Assembly: GCA_022562795.1 (NCBI GenBank)
Contig: JADFOP010000007.1
Location: 1-64,000, forward strand
Origin: Nitrospinota bacterium
GTDB taxonomy: Bacteria > JADFOP01
Direction of reading: 5' to 3'
DNA: 64,000 nt
The position numbers and the translations under genes were made by a program. Within the stretch, counting starts at the first letter, position 1; each line of letters begins with the position of its first letter. Shown here in pieces: positions 1 through 9,413 of this stretch. The notes under the pieces were generated by a model, which worked only from the letters and a program-made list of their open reading frames with translations, searched no databases and was not told where the DNA came from.

Positions 1-38
1 GAATGAGCCCAGAACTCATTGAATCCCGGGCTCTAAGA

Positions 39-114
39 TGGAGCGGGCAACGGGTCTCGAACCCGCGACCTCCGGCTTGGGAAGCCGACGCTCTACCAGC
101 TGAGCTATGCCCGC
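39..114 (-). tRNA. tRNA-Gly(CCC)
   Basis: Reverse complement GCGGGCATAGCTCAGCTGGTAGAGC...CTTCCCAAG...GGTTCGAGACCCGTTGCCCGCTCCA: cloverleaf, anticodon CCC, encoded CCA end. Confidence 0.97.
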
Positions 115-140
115 CCCTATTTCATCGCTCTTACAATTTT

Positions 141-170
141 AATATAGAGAAAGACGCGAAACCTTGTCAA
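141..170 (-). promoter_or_regulatory. sigma70-like promoter of tRNA-Gly
   Basis: Minus strand TTGACA-18 nt-TATATT just upstream of the tRNA 5' end. Confidence 0.6.
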
Positions 171-214
171 CCTTTTTCCCGACTACAGGCTCGCAAGAGA
201 GCTTAGGTTGAACC

Positions 215-1534
215 TTACTTTATTGGCTTTATATCTTTTCGGTAATGAATTCCTTCGTATGAAATTTTCTCCATCTCCTGGTATACCCGTTGAGAGGCAT
301 TCTCCAGGCTAGGGCCTCCGACGACCACGGAGAGCACTCGCCCCCCGTCGGTGAGGAACTGGCTCCTCTCGTCATCCCAGCACGTGCCTGAATGGAAGAC
401 GAGGGTGTCGGCCGATATACGGTCAAGCCCCTCAATGGGCTTCTTGATCGCATACCGGCGGGGGTAGCCCTGATACCACCCCTTCTTGCCTTTGGTTCGC
501 CCGCTTGTGGCGCAAACGCAGATGTAGTAATCGTCGGTCCATTCGTACTCTAGAGCCTCCATCTGCTCGTTAACCATGGCCTGCGAAATATCGACAAAAT
601 CGGTAAGAAGCCGAGGATAGATGACCTGAGCCTCTGGGTCCCCCATGCGGACGTTAATCTCCAGCACATAGGGCTGCAGGCCGTCTCCCTCTTCCACCAG
701 CATAAGGCCGATGTAGAGAATGCCCCGGTAGACGACTCCGTGCCGCTCCTTGAACCCGTGGACGAGCGGCAGGGCGATCTCCCCCATGATGGTTTCAACG
801 AGGTTTGGGTCAACCTCGTCGTTGGGCGAATAGCCCCCCATCCCTCCGGTATTGGGGCCTTCGTCGTTGTCGAAGATTGGTTTGTAATCTCTGGCCCACG
901 CCATTGGTTTGACGGCGGCCCCGTCGGTGAAACAGAAAAAGGAGAGCTCCTGGCCGTAGAGACGCTTCTCCACCACCACGCGGTCGCCTGCCTCACCGAA
1001 CTTTCGCTCGACCATGCAGGTCTCGACGGCCTGTTCCGCCTCCTCCTCGGAGGAGCAGACGATGGAGCCCTTGCCCGCCGCCAGGCCGTCGGCCTTGACA
1101 ACGACCGGGTAGCCACATTGGGCTATGTAGGCCTTGGCTTTCTCGGGCTCGGTAAAATGGCGGTACGGCGCCACGGGAATGCCCAGGCCCGACATCACGT
1201 CCTTCGCGTAGGCCTTGCTCGACTCAAGCCGCGAAGCATCCTTTGTAGGGCCGACAATGGCCATGCCGTGGGACGTAAAGAGGTCTACGATCCCCTCTGA
1301 GAGGGGCCGCTCCGGGCCCACGAAGGTAATCTCAACGGACTTCTCCTTCGCCAGGGCCAGGAGCTCCTCATTGTCACGGACAGGCACCCTCTCCAGGCGA
1401 GGCTCGCTCTCAGCCAGATGCCCGATGCCGTCGTTACCGGGGGCGATGTAGAGTTTGTCAACCTGGGGGCTCTGGAGGAACTTCCAAACGGTTACGTGCT
1501 CCCGGCCTCCGCTTCCAACCACCAAGACCCTCAT
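215..1534 (-). CDS. purD: phosphoribosylamine--glycine ligase
   Basis: VGSGGREH, VKADGLAAGKG, GPNTGGMG, EINVRMGDPE and GGRVL motifs; start set at MRVLVV after GGAGAGG RBS. Confidence 0.95.
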   Translation of the reverse strand: MRVLVVGSGGREHVTVWKFLQSPQVDKLYIAPGNDGIGHLAESEPRLERVPVRDNEELLALAKEKSVEITFVGPERPLSEGIVDLFTSHGMAIVGPTKDASRLESSKAYAKDVMSGLGIPVAPYRHFTEPEKAKAYIAQCGYPVVVKADGLAAGKGSIVCSSEEEAEQAVETCMVERKFGEAGDRVVVEKRLYGQELSFFCFTDGAAVKPMAWARDYKPIFDNDEGPNTGGMGGYSPNDEVDPNLVETIMGEIALPLVHGFKERHGVVYRGILYIGLMLVEEGDGLQPYVLEINVRMGDPEAQVIYPRLLTDFVDISQAMVNEQMEALEYEWTDDYYICVCATSGRTKGKKGWYQGYPRRYAIKKPIEGLDRISADTLVFHSGTCWDDERSQFLTDGGRVLSVVVGGPSLENASQRVYQEMEKISYEGIHYRKDIKPIK

Positions 1535-1741
1535 CGCCTCTCCTACGCCTCCCTGCGCCACACTACCCGCCTCGCCTCCCGCGGCAATTCTGACGGCGCT
1601 GGGTGAAGCATCGCCTCTCGTGGAACAGTCTGGAGCGGGCCCCAGTCCGTGAACCGGACCAAGAGAGACTTTCCTATTAGCTCTAAGCAGATATTCCTGA
1701 AGGAGTCGGGCCCAAAACCCGGTGATTCGCTAATCTAACAC

Positions 1742-2905
1742 CTAAGAAGCATTCGACGCAACCTGCCCCTCGTGGGGCTCGGGCGGCCCATCCAAGCACC
1801 GCACAATGCTAATCAGGGGGAGGGCCTGGAGCTCCATAATGGTTGGAGGATCAACAACACTGCCCTCGGTGTCTCGCAACACCTCCAGCACGGGCCGCAT
1901 CTGACTTTTCTCATTGACCTGGACTACGCGTCCCACCTCTCCCTTGCTGAGCTCCACATAGCTTCCAAGAGGATAGATTGTTATGCGGTTGAGAAATGTG
2001 CGCAGGAGATGCTCGTCGAAGGCCTCCTTCATTTCCGTGAGGATTGTCCTAACGGCTTGGTGGGGCGTTCTAGCCGGCCGATGAGGCCTGCCGTGGGTAA
2101 GAGCCTCGAAGACATCCGCTAAGCCGATAATTCTCGCAAGCTCTTCTATCTCAGGGCTTTTCAACCCCCTTGGGTATCCGCTACCGTCGGCCCGCTCGTG
2201 CTCCTGCCCTACGATGTCGGCGAGCTCCGACAAGGACCCCCCGAGCTTTGATACCCGTTCCCGCCCGACCTCCGTATGATGCTGGACCGCCTCCAGCTCC
2301 TTCGCCGTAAGAGGACGGTCATGCTCCCACGTCTCAGAGGGCACGAAGAGCATCCCGACATCGTGGAGCATGGCCGCCAGGCAGAGCCTCACGAGCTCTT
2401 CCTCGGAGGCGACTCGGTCCTGGGCAAGCATCACCCCCAATACGGCCACGTTGAGGCAGTTGTCTACAAGATCGGACGGCGTGCCGAAAGAATCATAAAG
2501 GCAAGAGACCAAAACGTTGGAGAACTGAGGTGACCGTAGGTCGTAGGAGCCAGGGGGCATTTCCAGGATGTTGGAGACGATTTGGCCCGCGAGCCGCTCC
2601 AGCTCTTCCGGCTCCACCTGTTCGTCGGCCCGGATGCTGGAGAAGACCGCACCCAAGGTGCGGCGGGCCTCCTCGTAGATTGACAAGGCATCAGGGGGAG
2701 GAAGGTCGGGCATATACTCTTCCCGAGAAAGGGCGTCGGCAAGGGGCGTTTCCGTCTCGCCCGTCTCAGGGAAGGCGGCCTTCTCGGTCGGATCAGAAAG
2801 GGCCTGGCCGCGGACCGAAGCCGCCAGGCGGGTAGAGAACCAGTAGCCCTCCTCCTGGTCTGGTTCAGAGCCGGCCTTGTGATCGTCCACCTTGTCGCTG
2901 ACCAT
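1742..2905 (-). CDS. HD-GYP domain protein (cyclic dinucleotide phosphodiesterase family)
   Basis: LHDVG, HERADGSGYP, IGLADVFEAL and YPLGSYVELS motifs. Confidence 0.85.
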   Translation of the reverse strand: MVSDKVDDHKAGSEPDQEEGYWFSTRLAASVRGQALSDPTEKAAFPETGETETPLADALSREEYMPDLPPPDALSIYEEARRTLGAVFSSIRADEQVEPEELERLAGQIVSNILEMPPGSYDLRSPQFSNVLVSCLYDSFGTPSDLVDNCLNVAVLGVMLAQDRVASEEELVRLCLAAMLHDVGMLFVPSETWEHDRPLTAKELEAVQHHTEVGRERVSKLGGSLSELADIVGQEHERADGSGYPRGLKSPEIEELARIIGLADVFEALTHGRPHRPARTPHQAVRTILTEMKEAFDEHLLRTFLNRITIYPLGSYVELSKGEVGRVVQVNEKSQMRPVLEVLRDTEGSVVDPPTIMELQALPLISIVRCLDGPPEPHEGQVASNAS

Positions 2906-2944
2906 CAGTAGCCTCCGGCCGACTACGAGCGATTGCCCCCAGCG

Positions 2945-3745
2945 CTATACCATGAGCTCGCGAATGTTCCGCACATCTTCCCTATCGATCCTTTCGCGTT
3001 TATTCCCGAATGCAATCAGCAAGCTCAGGTCGCAGACAGAATTGATGAGCCGGGGGACGCCGTTGCTTTGGCGATAGGCCTCCTCCATGCCCGAGGGGGA
3101 GAAGATCTCGCGCTCCCCGCCAGCGACTTTCATCCGGTGGAGGATGTAATTTTGCGTCTCGAGGAGGCTGAGCGGCTCGAGGTGAAACTTAATGGCGATA
3201 CGCTGGCGAAGCTGAGGAACTTTGGTGATGCTGCTCAGGAGCTCCGGCTGTCCTACGAGGATGAGGTTAAAGAGAAAGCGGTTCCGCTTCTGGTAGTTGA
3301 GGAGCATTCGAATCTCCTCATAGACGTCCGGGCGCTCCATGATGAGGTGGGCCTCATCGATGAGTATGACGATTTCCCGGCCTTCGCGAAGCTTGTTCTC
3401 GCTGCGCCTCGTCAAGGCTTGAAGCACCTCCCGCTTGCCCTGGGGGACCGGATCGCCACCAATGCCCTCGTAAATCTGTTTGAGGAAATCGAGCGCCGGA
3501 AGACAGGGGTTCGTGATGACGACCGAATCGTATTTCTCCTTCTTTAATTCTTCCAGGAGCATGAAGCACATGAGGGTCTTGCCGCAACCTACCTCTCCGG
3601 TGAGCATGGCCGATCCCTTGTTCCCCTTTACGACGTAGAGAAGCCGCATGAGAGCCTCCTGGTGTTTGGAGGTCTCCATAAAGTACTCGGTGTCGGGAAC
3701 ATTTTGAAATGGTTGGCGTTTCAGCCCCCAATACTTAAGGTACAA
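2945..3745 (-). CDS. ExeA/GspA-family AAA ATPase
   Basis: YWGLKRQPF N-terminus, Walker A GEVGCGKT, Walker B LIDEAH, LVGQPEL, GVPRLIN; TTG start after GAGGGAGAGG (upstream ORF extension judged spurious). Confidence 0.88.
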   Translation of the reverse strand: MYLKYWGLKRQPFQNVPDTEYFMETSKHQEALMRLLYVVKGNKGSAMLTGEVGCGKTLMCFMLLEELKKEKYDSVVITNPCLPALDFLKQIYEGIGGDPVPQGKREVLQALTRRSENKLREGREIVILIDEAHLIMERPDVYEEIRMLLNYQKRNRFLFNLILVGQPELLSSITKVPQLRQRIAIKFHLEPLSLLETQNYILHRMKVAGGEREIFSPSGMEEAYRQSNGVPRLINSVCDLSLLIAFGNKRERIDREDVRNIRELMV

Positions 3746-4137
3746 GGTTCCCTCTCCCTCAATGAAAAAATACAAGGACTGGATGACAAGCCCGTGGCGA
3801 CTATGGGTTGGGGAGATACCGACAACGATGGTGGCACCAATAGGGGGCTTGCGGAGTGGTTCTCGATGAAAATGCTGCCCCACAGCAGCGTCATTTTCAT
3901 ATGACAACTTGGGATGCAAAAAAAGCGGGACAAATTATCCTGTCGCTCGTCCATGTGCTGATTCAGGACAACGAGCGCTTAAGGCATGAATCCCTCCTCT
4001 CCCTCCGTACGTTGCATGGATTCTAGTGAAAACGTAAGACCCTGTCAATGACATTCTGGGGCCTGGGGGAGGCTCCCCACATCGGTAGGCAGCAGGGAGG
4101 TCCGTCTTCCATCAGGACGACCCCATCTTGTAAGGAG

Positions 4138-4166
4138 TTGGCCTCCAGGGTCAACAACCGTATAAT
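4138..4166 (+). promoter_or_regulatory. sigma70-like promoter of MmgE/PrpD gene
   Basis: TTGGCC-17 nt-TATAAT about 40 nt before the ATG. Confidence 0.55.
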
Positions 4167-4204
4167 GGTAGTCTCCAATTCTCCGGCCTTGAGAAAGGGA
4201 ACCC

Positions 4205-5605
4205 ATGAGCTTGCCTCCCCTGACAGCGACCCTCGCTGATTTCTGCGTAAGCCTCGATGCGGGCTCGCTTGACCCCTCCGTGGTCACCCAGACGGGCCGC
4301 CTCCTGCTCGACTATTTAGGGGTCGCTTCGAGAGGCGCCCTTAGCCCAAGCACGCAGGCTCTCTTCCGCGCCCTTAAAGCCTTGGGATTGGTCGAAGGCG
4401 ATGAACCTCTCGCGGCCACTTGCTGGAACGCCCAGCCCCTCGCCTCCACTCTAATTCACGGCACCTCGGCTCACAGCCTGGAGCTCGACGACCTCCACAA
4501 CGCATCTTCGCTCCATCCGGGAGTGGTCATCTTTCCGGCTGCTCTCGCCGCCGCGCAACTCACCCAGGCCACTCCATTAGCCTTCGTTGGGGCCGCCGTG
4601 GTGGGCTACGAGGTAGCGACGCGCCTTGGGGCGGCCGTAAACCCGGCCACCCACTACGCGAGAGGCTTTCACCCGACCGCCACCTGCGGGCAATTCGGGG
4701 CCGCCGCCGCGGCGGGGCGGCTCTTAGGACTCTCGTCCGAAGGGCTCGCCCACGCCTGGGGTATATGCGGCAGCCAGGCAGCCGGCTCCATGGCTTTTCT
4801 CTCCGAAGGGGCCTGGACGAAGCACCTCCATGCTGGCCTGGCAGCCGAGGGCGGACTTAAAGCGGCAATGCTGGCCCGGGAGGGATTTCGCGCGCCAACC
4901 ACCATCTTCGAGGACCCGCTGGGCTTTTTCCATGCCTACGCGGTGGAGCCTGAAGTCGCCCCCATGGTCGAGGAGCTCGGTCAGCGTTGGGCCGTTTTAG
5001 ATACGAGCCTCAAGCCCCACGCTTGCTGCCGCTACATGCAGCCAGCGATCGACGGGCTCATCGCCCTGGCGGAGGAAAACAGCCTGGCCCCCGAAGAGGT
5101 GGCCGCCGTGACGGTCCACTGCCTCCCGGCGGGTTTCATGATTATCGCCGAGCCGTCTGAGCGTAAAGCCGATCCCCGGCGGACGACCGAAGCCCAGTTC
5201 AGCATGCCCTTCGGGGCCGCAGTGGCCCTGGCCCGCCGCCGGGCCGGGCTCGATGACTTTAGCGATGAGGCTCTCGGCGACCCGACCATCCGGGCGCTAA
5301 TACCAAAGGTCCAATGTGTAAAGGATGAGGAGCTAGGACGGGCGTGGCCCGAACGGTGGCCCGCCGTCGTGGTCGTTGAGACTCAAGACGGCCGTCGCCT
5401 CACCCTAAGAGTGGACGACCCCAAAGGGGACCCGGCCAATCCTTTGACGGACGCCGAGATTGTGGGGAAATTTACTGAGCTTACGACCCCTTGCTACTCC
5501 GCCGACCATCGCGCGCAGCTAATCGAAGCCGCGCTCGGGATTGGAAACTTTGAGAGCCTGGAGCCGCTCTGGGCCCTCCTTGCCGAAGAAACTAAGACGG
5601 CCTGA
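4205..5605 (+). CDS. MmgE/PrpD family protein
   Basis: HSLELDDLH, HPG, GFHPT, KPHACC, AQFSMP and PKGDPANP motifs. Confidence 0.9.
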   Translation: MSLPPLTATLADFCVSLDAGSLDPSVVTQTGRLLLDYLGVASRGALSPSTQALFRALKALGLVEGDEPLAATCWNAQPLASTLIHGTSAHSLELDDLHNASSLHPGVVIFPAALAAAQLTQATPLAFVGAAVVGYEVATRLGAAVNPATHYARGFHPTATCGQFGAAAAAGRLLGLSSEGLAHAWGICGSQAAGSMAFLSEGAWTKHLHAGLAAEGGLKAAMLAREGFRAPTTIFEDPLGFFHAYAVEPEVAPMVEELGQRWAVLDTSLKPHACCRYMQPAIDGLIALAEENSLAPEEVAAVTVHCLPAGFMIIAEPSERKADPRRTTEAQFSMPFGAAVALARRRAGLDDFSDEALGDPTIRALIPKVQCVKDEELGRAWPERWPAVVVVETQDGRRLTLRVDDPKGDPANPLTDAEIVGKFTELTTPCYSADHRAQLIEAALGIGNFESLEPLWALLAEETKTA

Positions 5606-5686
5606 TGGAGGATCATAAAATAGTCTATCGGCGAGATGGTCCCTCGTATTTTCTGATGTAAACCAGCACAGGTTCCTTAGTATTTA

Positions 5687-5771
5687 TGACCTGACCCCCA
5701 AAAATCGGTCCAGATTTTAAGGGAGTATAAAAGTAATATCTGGGATCAAAACCGAAAGGAGACCAGGAGAT
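5687..5771 (+). mobile_element. possible orphan left end of an IS3-family element
   Basis: 5'-TGACCTGACCCCCAAAAATCGGTCCA resembles IS3-family IRs (TG end, C-run); followed by a strong RBS (GAAAGGAG) with no ORF. Confidence 0.35.
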
Positions 5772-5780
5772 TCGCTTTAC

Positions 5781-7241
5781 TTAATCATCCCCGGCCCACT
5801 CGCTGCGGTGTGCGTCGAGGTAGGCGAGGGCTTCATCCTTCGTAGCGACCTCTCCCGCCGCCCTGGCCTCCTCGATCGAAGCGAGCATACGCCCCACGAC
5901 CGGCCCCTCCGAGAGGCCGTAGTGGGCCATAAGCTCCCTGCCCGATAGCAGCGGCGGGGCTGGAGCGACCGCCTGGGCCCTGCGGAAGGCGAGAAGCGTG
6001 CGTACAACACCCTCCACGTCGGTGGCGGCCTCACCGCCCTCGCGTGTGGCTCGGGCGTCGGCCACCGCCACCAGGCAGACCGCCGGGGCGGCGTCTTCGA
6101 GGTCGCGGAAGAAGCGATAACAGGCCCTGCGGGTGACGTCGGCGGCCTTGCTCAGATTGAGAGGACGGAGGTGATGGGCCACCACCCGGCTTAGGAAGGT
6201 CTTCGCCCGCCCGCCCAGGCGAAGCCGCCTCGATATGGCTTTGACGACCTCCGCTCCGACCTCCGCGTGGCCGAAAAAGTGGACCTCGCCGGCGGGGTCC
6301 ACCGTATGGGTGGCCGGCTTGCCGACGTCGTGCCAAAGGGCCGCCCACTTGGTCAGGGCCCGACGGGTGATATTCGCCCCCATTGGCTCAGCAAGGTGGA
6401 CCTCCAGGTATTCGGATTCCTCCGGAAGCTCCTTATTCAGGCGCCCGAAAGCCTCCTCCAGATGGCGAAGGGTCGCCAGGGAGTGGGCCCACAAGGTAGA
6501 GGTGTGGTGACGGCCCTGCTCAAGCCCCACCATCGAAGGCTGCTCCGGCACGAGGACCTCCAGCAGCCCAATCTGGTGCAACTCCTCGATCCACGGCCAG
6601 ACGGTCTCGACCGCAAGAAGGGCGAAGAGCTCCTCCCGGACCCTCTCCCCGGCCACTTCGGCCAAGCGCTCGGCTCGTTCGGCGATTGCCTCCCGGGTTT
6701 TCCCCTCAATGGAGAAATCGAGCTCAGCCGCCAACCGCACGGCCCGAAGGAGCCTGAGAGGATCGTCGTCCAGCACCCCCGGCGCCGGCGCCCTGACGAG
6801 CCGGGCCCGAAGGTCATCCAGCCCACCCGTAGGGTCGAGAACCTCGAGGGGGCGGGCCGTGGGCTGAAAGAGGTCTTTGAGCGAGACGGCGAGAGCGTTA
6901 ACGGTGAAATCGCGCCGACCGAGGTCCTCGCCCACCGAAGGGGCTCTGAGGCCCGCTACATCGATCTCCCGCCGCTCCCCTCCCTCCCCCACCACAACCC
7001 TAGCGATTTGGCGGTCCTCATCGAGGGCGACGAAGCTCCCTCCCAGGGCTGCAGCCACCCTCCGCGCAAAGCCGAAGGGATCGTCGGGGACGAGGAGATC
7101 TATCTCCAGCGGTCCCGGCCGACCGCGGAGGGTATCGCGGATCGCACCGCCCACGAGCCACCCCTCCGCCCCGTCGGCGACGAGCCGGCGGGCGACCGCG
7201 ACGAGGAGCTCGTCGTCTCCCAGGCGCTCTAACTCCTTCAT
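5781..7241 (-). CDS. CCA-adding/poly(A) polymerase family nucleotidyltransferase with HD domain
   Basis: LVGGAIRD, DLGRRDFTVNA, DDPLRLLRAVR, ERVREEL, WHDVGKP, C-terminal LLSGRELM. Confidence 0.88.
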   Translation of the reverse strand: MKELERLGDDELLVAVARRLVADGAEGWLVGGAIRDTLRGRPGPLEIDLLVPDDPFGFARRVAAALGGSFVALDEDRQIARVVVGEGGERREIDVAGLRAPSVGEDLGRRDFTVNALAVSLKDLFQPTARPLEVLDPTGGLDDLRARLVRAPAPGVLDDDPLRLLRAVRLAAELDFSIEGKTREAIAERAERLAEVAGERVREELFALLAVETVWPWIEELHQIGLLEVLVPEQPSMVGLEQGRHHTSTLWAHSLATLRHLEEAFGRLNKELPEESEYLEVHLAEPMGANITRRALTKWAALWHDVGKPATHTVDPAGEVHFFGHAEVGAEVVKAISRRLRLGGRAKTFLSRVVAHHLRPLNLSKAADVTRRACYRFFRDLEDAAPAVCLVAVADARATREGGEAATDVEGVVRTLLAFRRAQAVAPAPPLLSGRELMAHYGLSEGPVVGRMLASIEEARAAGEVATKDEALAYLDAHRSEWAGDD

Positions 7242-7309
7242 GGCCTCTCCGTAAATGGCGGTCGGGGTAGTATAGCGAAAAGGGAAGGCTTATGCAGGGG
7301 GAGGCAGGC

Positions 7310-8134
7310 TCAGCGACGGTGCGTCCAGGCGGGGTCGGCGTACTTCTCTGCGGCCAGCGACTCGGCAAGGGCGCTCTCCTCCAGGCTGAGCTTCCCCTCC
7401 TTAAGAGTCACACCCAGATGGTCCTCAACGCCCTGGACGAGCGCTGAGGCCACCTTCTCCCAACCCAGCCTGCGCCCGGCCACCTCGCCGAGGCCCGCCA
7501 TCTCCCCGCGCCACCGGGCGATGAGGGCATCCTCGCGGCCTTCTTCCTTTTCCTCCGGATGCAGGCAGCGGTAGAGCAACGCGAGGTCGAGGGTCAACGG
7601 GAGGGAGCCGTGCTGGAGGAATGCGCGGCGGCTTCTGCGCTGAGCGCTGCCGAGGACCTTTCGGCCGTCCACCATCAGCTCATAGCTCGCCGGGACGGCG
7701 AAGCAGACAGGTGTCCTCGCCCGAAGGGAGCCTGGCTTCCGGGGAACGAGGGCCGCGGCGAGGCCGAGCTTCCCAAGCCCCACCGCGAACGCCTCGGTGA
7801 CGGTCCGATATACCTCCAGCAGGTCCTGCCAGCCGGGGAAGGCCCCATGGCGGGCCGCTAGGCTGTAGGTGACCTCGTCGTCGTGCAGGACCGCCTTTCC
7901 GGCCGTCGGCCTTCGGACGAGGTCGATCCCCTCCGCGGCCAGCAGATCGGGATTGACGCTCGACGCCGATGACTGACCGAAGCCCAAGGAGACGGCGGGG
8001 GGCGCCCACCTGTAGAGGCGCAAAGTCGGGGGGCCCGGGCTCGCCTCGACAGCCCGGAAGATGGCCTCATCGACGGCCATATTCCAGGCGCCCGGGGCGG
8101 GCCCGTCAATCAAAAGACGCCATTCTTCTGTCAT
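7310..8134 (-). CDS. lipoate-protein ligase family (LipM/LplA-type octanoyl/lipoyl transferase)
   Basis: NMAVDEA, LRLYRW, RRPTAGKAVLH, KVLGSAQRR, LQHGS. Confidence 0.88.
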   Translation of the reverse strand: MTEEWRLLIDGPAPGAWNMAVDEAIFRAVEASPGPPTLRLYRWAPPAVSLGFGQSSASSVNPDLLAAEGIDLVRRPTAGKAVLHDDEVTYSLAARHGAFPGWQDLLEVYRTVTEAFAVGLGKLGLAAALVPRKPGSLRARTPVCFAVPASYELMVDGRKVLGSAQRRSRRAFLQHGSLPLTLDLALLYRCLHPEEKEEGREDALIARWRGEMAGLGEVAGRRLGWEKVASALVQGVEDHLGVTLKEGKLSLEESALAESLAAEKYADPAWTHRR

Positions 8135-8234
8135 GGGAATTCAACGATTGGTGAGAGAAGGCAAAAGCCGGCAATCAATCCGGGTAGAATCGAGAGCCGC
8201 AACGGGCGCTCCTCGGCATCGAAAATAAACCCTA

Positions 8235-9413
8235 TCAGATGACCGGCCCCTCATCGGGTAGGAGTCGCGCGCCGATAAGCTTCCCGACGGCAGCCGTCAC
8301 GTCCTCAGGGGCGACCATAATGACGGCGCCGGAGCAGCCCATGCCGCTTGTCGAGTAGATGCCGGCCTTCGATAGACAGCGGACGGCGTCTTCAATCTCT
8401 AGGACGTCCACCCCTCCAATCGACTCGGAGACGGCCTTAGGCTTAGGCTGAACTACGGGTTCGCCGGCTTCCTCCGTGGATGGTCTTACGAGCTCCTCAA
8501 GGATGGACTCCAGCCCTGCCGCCTTCGCCGCCTGGAACTCCTCCAATACCCGCTCCGGCAAGCGGGCCCGGACCATCTGGGCGATAAAGGCCACCGCCCC
8601 GGCAATTACCTCAGCACCGGAAGCCCTAGAGATAATACCGATAATCCGCTCAAACCCCTCTCCTACACCCGGGCCGTAGCCGAAACCGAAGGCCTCGTAA
8701 GAGCCGCCCGTGGTGAAGGCGCTGAAGAGCTTGACCAGCAGGTTCCCCGTAAGTGTGTCGCAGACGAGTACGTCGGCCGTCCCCCAGAGGCAATCGTTTC
8801 CCCTAAGAAGGGGCCCGCCGTCGGCCCGGATACTCTCAGCCAACCGGATTGGGTACCCACCGGCGGCCAGTGAACTCACGGCACGCTCGACCTGCCGGGC
8901 CCCGTCCACCGTGCAGAGCCCCACCGACGGGTCATCCCATCCAAGAGCCCGAGCCACAGCCCGGCCCAACAAGACGTTCTTGACCATGGCCCCCACGCGG
9001 TGGGAGTCGGCAGCCCCCGTGCACGAGGCGACGAGCATCTCCTTGCCGCGACCAGGCGTCACCACGCGGCCAACCGTAGCGACACCCATTGGAAAGGGGT
9101 AATGGAGGGTCACGGCGGCGTCTAGACGCCCATCCTCCAGGGCCTCTTCCAACGCTGCGTGGCCGGCCTCCTCGCTCTCGACGGCAATCGTGGGGAGGTC
9201 CGTGCCTCCCTCGGAACCTATGACTACCACCTCGAGGGCATCGTCCCGGCTGGCGGCGAGCTCCGCTCCGCGGATGGCCTCCTCAGGCCCAAGCTCGCTC
9301 CCAATAGCGGTCAGCCCTACCCTGACGAGCGGCGTTGTAGCCACCCCCTCTACCGCATCGGCGACCTCGGCCAAAACCTCGCCGACCATCCTTCTCAGGC
9401 CATCGGGACTCAT
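8235..9413 (-). CDS. grdD: glycine/sarcosine/betaine reductase component C subunit alpha
   Basis: LHYPFPMGVATVGRVVTP, RADGG, TTGGSYEAFGFGYGPG, active-site SGMGC. Confidence 0.93.
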   Translation of the reverse strand: MSPDGLRRMVGEVLAEVADAVEGVATTPLVRVGLTAIGSELGPEEAIRGAELAASRDDALEVVVIGSEGGTDLPTIAVESEEAGHAALEEALEDGRLDAAVTLHYPFPMGVATVGRVVTPGRGKEMLVASCTGAADSHRVGAMVKNVLLGRAVARALGWDDPSVGLCTVDGARQVERAVSSLAAGGYPIRLAESIRADGGPLLRGNDCLWGTADVLVCDTLTGNLLVKLFSAFTTGGSYEAFGFGYGPGVGEGFERIIGIISRASGAEVIAGAVAFIAQMVRARLPERVLEEFQAAKAAGLESILEELVRPSTEEAGEPVVQPKPKAVSESIGGVDVLEIEDAVRCLSKAGIYSTSGMGCSGAVIMVAPEDVTAAVGKLIGARLLPDEGPVI

